From positions 750,001 through 782,000 of the forward strand of contig NZ_CP011034.1 of NCBI RefSeq assembly GCF_001465295.1: 32,000 nucleotides of DNA, in the 5' to 3' direction. A program made the translations under genes and the position numbers. The stretch's first letter is position 1. Each line of letters begins with the position of its first letter. Below the pieces are notes generated by a model. It had not been told where the DNA came from. It saw nothing but the letters and a program-made list of their open reading frames with translations, and did not search any database. Source of the DNA: Pseudoalteromonas translucida KMM 520 (lineage in GTDB: Bacteria; Pseudomonadota; Gammaproteobacteria; Enterobacterales; Alteromonadaceae). Of this stretch, positions 28,405 to 32,000 are shown piece after piece.

Positions 28405-31113
28405 TTAAACCCCTGAGTTACAGTTAAGATAACCATAAAAGTCACCTGCTGGTATTTTAAATTGTGTAATATCGCCGCGTGTAAGGCCTTTGTATCGCTC
28501 ACCTAAATGAGAAATAAATACGCAAGCACGTGCATTGATTAAATCAAGCGTTGCCGGTACCCAAGCCTTAAAGTTTACAGGGCCATTTACTTGCCAATTA
28601 TCAATAATGACATTAGCAGAGGCTAAATAGGGGGCTTTATTTTCTTTACTATGATCAAAACTAAGTTGTGCAATATTATTCACTACATGCACATAGTCAC
28701 CTTTTTGAGTAACTCCTGCTACGCCACTACTTTGAGAAATATTTGGCATATCAAAAACATCAGGAATTCGTAGAGTTTTAATATCTTTAGAGCTAAATAA
28801 CCATTGGCCATCGCTATTTTTTGCTAAGGCTGAAAAGTAAAAGTCTTTTGCTACTTTAGCGTAATGGCTTAAATGCACAGGGGTGTTTGGTCTTGCCAAA
28901 ACATAATCAATATTATGCTTTAGTGCATCAAGGCCGGCAGGGACTTCACCCGAGTAAAAATGAAAATATATAGTGTAGGGTTTTAATCTGTATGGTTTTT
29001 CGGTTATTTCGAAGGTTTCGGTTAAGCGTTTAAAACCGTAATAAGGGCCATGCCATAAGTTTGTGTATACGTTTTCATTTAATATTGGCGCGTAAATTTG
29101 ATACAACAAATCACGCTCAGGTCGGCCAATAGGCGATACATGCGTTAGGCTTGGGTTATCTGCATTTACGTCGGTATTGCCGCCATTTATATTAAGTACT
29201 CCGGCATCACGTGCCAGCTCAAGCGCTTTAGGCCCAGGTGTTGCATCGCCTGACCATAGCATAATCACTGTTTTTTTATTTGCTGGGGCTAGTTTGTCAT
29301 CAATATATTTAATTGAATCGGTAATTTCTTTTTCTAAACTAATGGTGTTGTAGCCGGGTATATCTAGCTTTAAACCATATACAGTATCTTCCTCGTCTAT
29401 ATCTTTACGCCCGGCTAGTGCCGTCCAAAAATATGGATGACTGTAGGTATGCGAAGCAATTTCAACATAAGGAAGTTTAAATATATCCCGAGCAATGCGC
29501 TCAAGCTTAGGGCTCATTTTTGAGTGTAAACCGCCGGGCTCAATATCGGCTTGAATAATCGATGAGGTTAAAGGTAATTTATAGTGCTTAATTATTTTGT
29601 CGAGAATGACCTCGGCTGAATAAGGCTTTTTGGCAAAATGCGCAACACTGGTAAACCCATCGCCATCTATATGTATGGTTAACATGCGTCGACCACTTTG
29701 AGTGGTGGTGTCGGGTACTAAAATAGGTGCCAGCCCCATTGCTTTTGTGAGTAAGGTACGAGGATCTACTACCCACTTGCTACCTTCCATAGGTAAGGTG
29801 TCTATTAACCATGGAGCCACCACAAGCGCACCATATTTAGTTTTAGTGCCTTGTACTAGCGATGTGCCATCGGCTGCTTTTATACTAATCAGCGCTTTTG
29901 AATTAGCGGCTAATTTAAGAAAGTACGGGTTAGTTACAACTGGCGGTATGCTTGATTCACCTTTTAGCCAAGGGGTAAAACTCTCCAGCTCATAAGGGCC
30001 CACAGGTGTAACATCTAACGGCTCGGCTCCTAGGTTCAACATTAACTTATTTGCTGAGGGGGGATCACCTAAAATTAGTTCTGGCACTATGCCTAAGTTT
30101 GCTTCAAGCCAGTTGGTAATAGTTGGCGTATAAAAGGTATCAAAACTAGCCCACGAAATAATACCGGCGTGCAAGCTTGGGTCAACTACAGGTAGAGCGC
30201 GTTTGGCTACATTAATATAATCGGGAATATAACCTAAATATTCAATCATAGTAGCAAGTTTTAAATGTACTGTAGTGTATATAAGTGGTTTAACATTGCT
30301 GTTATACGGAATTAAAATACGACGTGGAACCGGCGCTATATTAGATGTTCCCCATGTTTGTAAGTGGCCATCAGTTACCCAAGGAGTATAACCAGCATTA
30401 ATTATTTTTTGCGCCATAGCAAGGCGTTGCTTAGGTTTTGCATAATCAATTACTTGTACATTAAAACTAAGGTCTTGCGCTTTATGAAGTTGAGCATTTA
30501 ACCATGCTTGATCATTTTTATTGGTTAACTTATAGCTGTTATCTAACGGGTTAAAATGACTAAATAAACCCTCCGCAACCAAATCGTTAGCTTTACCTTT
30601 AAGTTGCGGTAAAAGCTCAAAGCCACGATTAAGAATGAGTTGTTTATTAAAGGTGTTCGATAACTGCTCTATAATAAAAACTAAACCCGCTTGTTGGGCA
30701 TTTTTATTATGTTTTTTGTCTAATAGTTGGTAGCTATCAAGGGTATCTAAAAATAAACCACTAAAGCCACGTGCCTTTAGTGATAGCGCACTATTTTGTA
30801 CATGCTGTTGCCACTGCGATGCAGTTAAGTCGCTAATATAGCTATTCCAATTAGGATTAACACTAAGTGAAGACTCACTCTTTGAAAACGACTCGCCAAC
30901 ACTTAAATAAGCATAAACAGCAATATTACGCTGTTTGAGCCAGTTTAGCTCGTGCTTGGTGATCAGCTCTGGTTGCACTACAACACGCGAATAAAAAGTC
31001 ATTTCAGCTAAGGGCATAGGTGCAGAGTAATAAAAAGCGATACTATTATTAGTTTCAGGCTTAGCAGTTACATTTGCGGTGATAAATAGCAGTATAAAAA
31101 ATAAATACTTCAT
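28405..31113 (-). CDS. pelA: PelA: periplasmic bifunctional glycoside hydrolase / CE4 polysaccharide deacetylase
   Basis: 902 aa with a signal peptide ending VTA-K. The N-terminal TIM-barrel-like region is IAFYYSAPMPLAEMTFYSRVVVQPE...GLFLDTLDSY. The central CE4 motifs are HIDGDG (res 481-486, 29656-29673) and SHTYSHP (res 554-560, His codons at 29449-29451 and 29437-29439). It is the first gene of the block. Confidence 0.88.
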   Translation of the reverse strand: MKYLFFILLFITANVTAKPETNNSIAFYYSAPMPLAEMTFYSRVVVQPELITKHELNWLKQRNIAVYAYLSVGESFSKSESSLSVNPNWNSYISDLTASQWQQHVQNSALSLKARGFSGLFLDTLDSYQLLDKKHNKNAQQAGLVFIIEQLSNTFNKQLILNRGFELLPQLKGKANDLVAEGLFSHFNPLDNSYKLTNKNDQAWLNAQLHKAQDLSFNVQVIDYAKPKQRLAMAQKIINAGYTPWVTDGHLQTWGTSNIAPVPRRILIPYNSNVKPLIYTTVHLKLATMIEYLGYIPDYINVAKRALPVVDPSLHAGIISWASFDTFYTPTITNWLEANLGIVPELILGDPPSANKLMLNLGAEPLDVTPVGPYELESFTPWLKGESSIPPVVTNPYFLKLAANSKALISIKAADGTSLVQGTKTKYGALVVAPWLIDTLPMEGSKWVVDPRTLLTKAMGLAPILVPDTTTQSGRRMLTIHIDGDGFTSVAHFAKKPYSAEVILDKIIKHYKLPLTSSIIQADIEPGGLHSKMSPKLERIARDIFKLPYVEIASHTYSHPYFWTALAGRKDIDEEDTVYGLKLDIPGYNTISLEKEITDSIKYIDDKLAPANKKTVIMLWSGDATPGPKALELARDAGVLNINGGNTDVNADNPSLTHVSPIGRPERDLLYQIYAPILNENVYTNLWHGPYYGFKRLTETFEITEKPYRLKPYTIYFHFYSGEVPAGLDALKHNIDYVLARPNTPVHLSHYAKVAKDFYFSALAKNSDGQWLFSSKDIKTLRIPDVFDMPNISQSSGVAGVTQKGDYVHVVNNIAQLSFDHSKENKAPYLASANVIIDNWQVNGPVNFKAWVPATLDLINARACVFISHLGERYKGLTRGDITQFKIPAGDFYGYLNCNSGV

Positions 31114-31228
31114 TAACCCTTCGTTTTAATTAATAAATAGCCAAGGTGCAATTAAAATAATTGTACCTGATTTGTTATAGGAGTTTAGTATTAATACTTT
31201 AATTATATGTTACAAAAAGCAAAAAAAC

Positions 31229-31258
31229 TAAACAATTTTAAATTGTTTACATTGTAAA
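31229..31258. promoter_or_regulatory. Two overlapping palindromes in the pel upstream region (candidate operator)
   Basis: TAAACAATTT-T-AAATTGTTTA (31229-31249, 10-bp arms) overlaps TTTACA-T-TGTAAA (31246-31258). Both lie 116-145 bp upstream of the pelA ATG, inside a 504-bp AT-rich intergenic region. Confidence 0.3.
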
Positions 31259-31617
31259 TAAGCATTTTATGTTGTGTTTACTCACCATTGCGGCAATTAA
31301 TTAAATATTTTATCTGTATTAGGTGTTTTGCTTACTTTAAAGGTTATTAATTATACTCGGATAAGTTGCAACTTTATTACTATTCATCTTAGGTTTATTA
31401 ATGACAATAGCGTGTTTTTGTATTAAACCAAAGTAACTACGACTATAATCACCAGCCACTAGTTATACTTTTAAGTAAATACCTACCTTAATTAAATAGA
31501 CTTAGCCGTTTATATGATGAAGGGGGTTGCTAGAGTAAATTATAAATTTTGCAGCGACTAAGTTACAAAATGAGAGTAGGGCTTTTACAGCTTACAATGC
31601 GTTTATTTGGAGAAGAA

Positions 31618-32000
31618 ATGAGTAATTTAAGCTTGAAAAGTAAATTGTTACTACTCGCTATTTTGCCACTAATATTATTATTGGTTAGCTTTTTATCAAG
31701 TTCGTACTATTTAGAAATGCAAAGTCAGCAGCACAGCTTTGACACCTTTAAAAGTAAGTTATTAAAAGATAAACAAACGCTATTAAAAACTGAAATTGAA
31801 ATTGGTAGTCAAGTAGTACAACACCAGCTTGCAAATGGCACTGAGCAAGATGCTAAAAATGCATTAAGAGAACTAACCTTTGGCGAAGACGGCTACTTCT
31901 TTATTTATGACACTAATGGCGTGAGTGTTTTTCATGCGATGTTAGGTGATGCAATAGAAGGGCAAAACAAAATAGCCATGACTGACCCTAATGGTAAAAA
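31618..32000 (+). CDS. Membrane-anchored sensor with a periplasmic single-Cache (sCache_2-like) domain, 3'-truncated by the window (output domain unseen)
   Basis: ATG 31618 follows GGAGAA (31609-31614), and the frame is open to the window end. It has an N-terminal TM helix (LLLLAILPLILLLVSFL). The motif GEDGYFFIYDTNGVSVFHAMLGDAIEGQNKIAMTDPNGK is characteristic of Cache_2 sensor domains of MCPs, diguanylate cyclases and kinases. Confidence 0.7.
   Translation, partial: MSNLSLKSKLLLLAILPLILLLVSFLSSSYYLEMQSQQHSFDTFKSKLLKDKQTLLKTEIEIGSQVVQHQLANGTEQDAKNALRELTFGEDGYFFIYDTNGVSVFHAMLGDAIEGQNKIAMTDPNGK

Noticed and set aside
31229-31249. A FleQ-type box at the pel promoter (P. aeruginosa pelA is FleQ-controlled; consensus roughly GTCaNTAAAtTGAC).
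   Set aside because: Only the TAAATTG core matches and the flanking GTC/GAC arms are absent. I kept it as a generic palindrome, not as a FleQ site.
31514-31561. A 15-codon mini-ORF (MMKGVARVNYKFCSD) in the pel/Cache intergenic region.
   Set aside because: It has no Shine-Dalgarno sequence and is very short. There is nothing to distinguish it from a chance ORF.
1-32000. A search for CRISPR arrays, tRNA or rRNA genes, IS elements, integrases, toxin-antitoxin pairs or known defence-system genes.
   Set aside because: There are no regularly spaced direct repeats and no GC-rich cloverleaf-like segments in the intergenic regions. No transposase, integrase or nuclease-like ORFs appear in the six-frame track. 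Every ORF above 150 aa is accounted for by the genes listed.

Overview
This is a low-GC (roughly 40% by eye) gammaproteobacterial chromosomal segment. Gene order and protein sequences look Alteromonadales/Pseudoalteromonas-like, which is an inference. The left third holds the conserved stationary-phase and repair neighbourhood: surE (5' truncated), pcm, a yqaA-like gene, nlpD and rpoS, then a convergent mutS sharing a terminator with rpoS. Divergent from mutS is pncC-recA, with a textbook LexA box over the recA promoter. The middle holds a TonB-dependent siderophore receptor, a beta-barrel porin, acetyl-CoA synthetase, an orphan LuxR-type response regulator, an AbgT-family transporter and purU. 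The right 40% is a complete, translationally coupled seven-gene pelABCDEFG (Pel exopolysaccharide) operon on the minus strand (19455-31113). Upstream of it lie a 504-bp AT-rich control region and a divergent, window-truncated Cache-domain sensor. Downstream, across a 17-bp perfect hairpin, lies a 629-aa polytopic membrane protein I cannot assign to any family. That orphan gene and its link to pel is the best candidate here for undescribed biology; the pel machinery itself belongs to a known family. I saw no rRNA, tRNA, CRISPR array, transposase or integrase. All homology statements come from my recall of reference protein sequences and motifs, not from searches.
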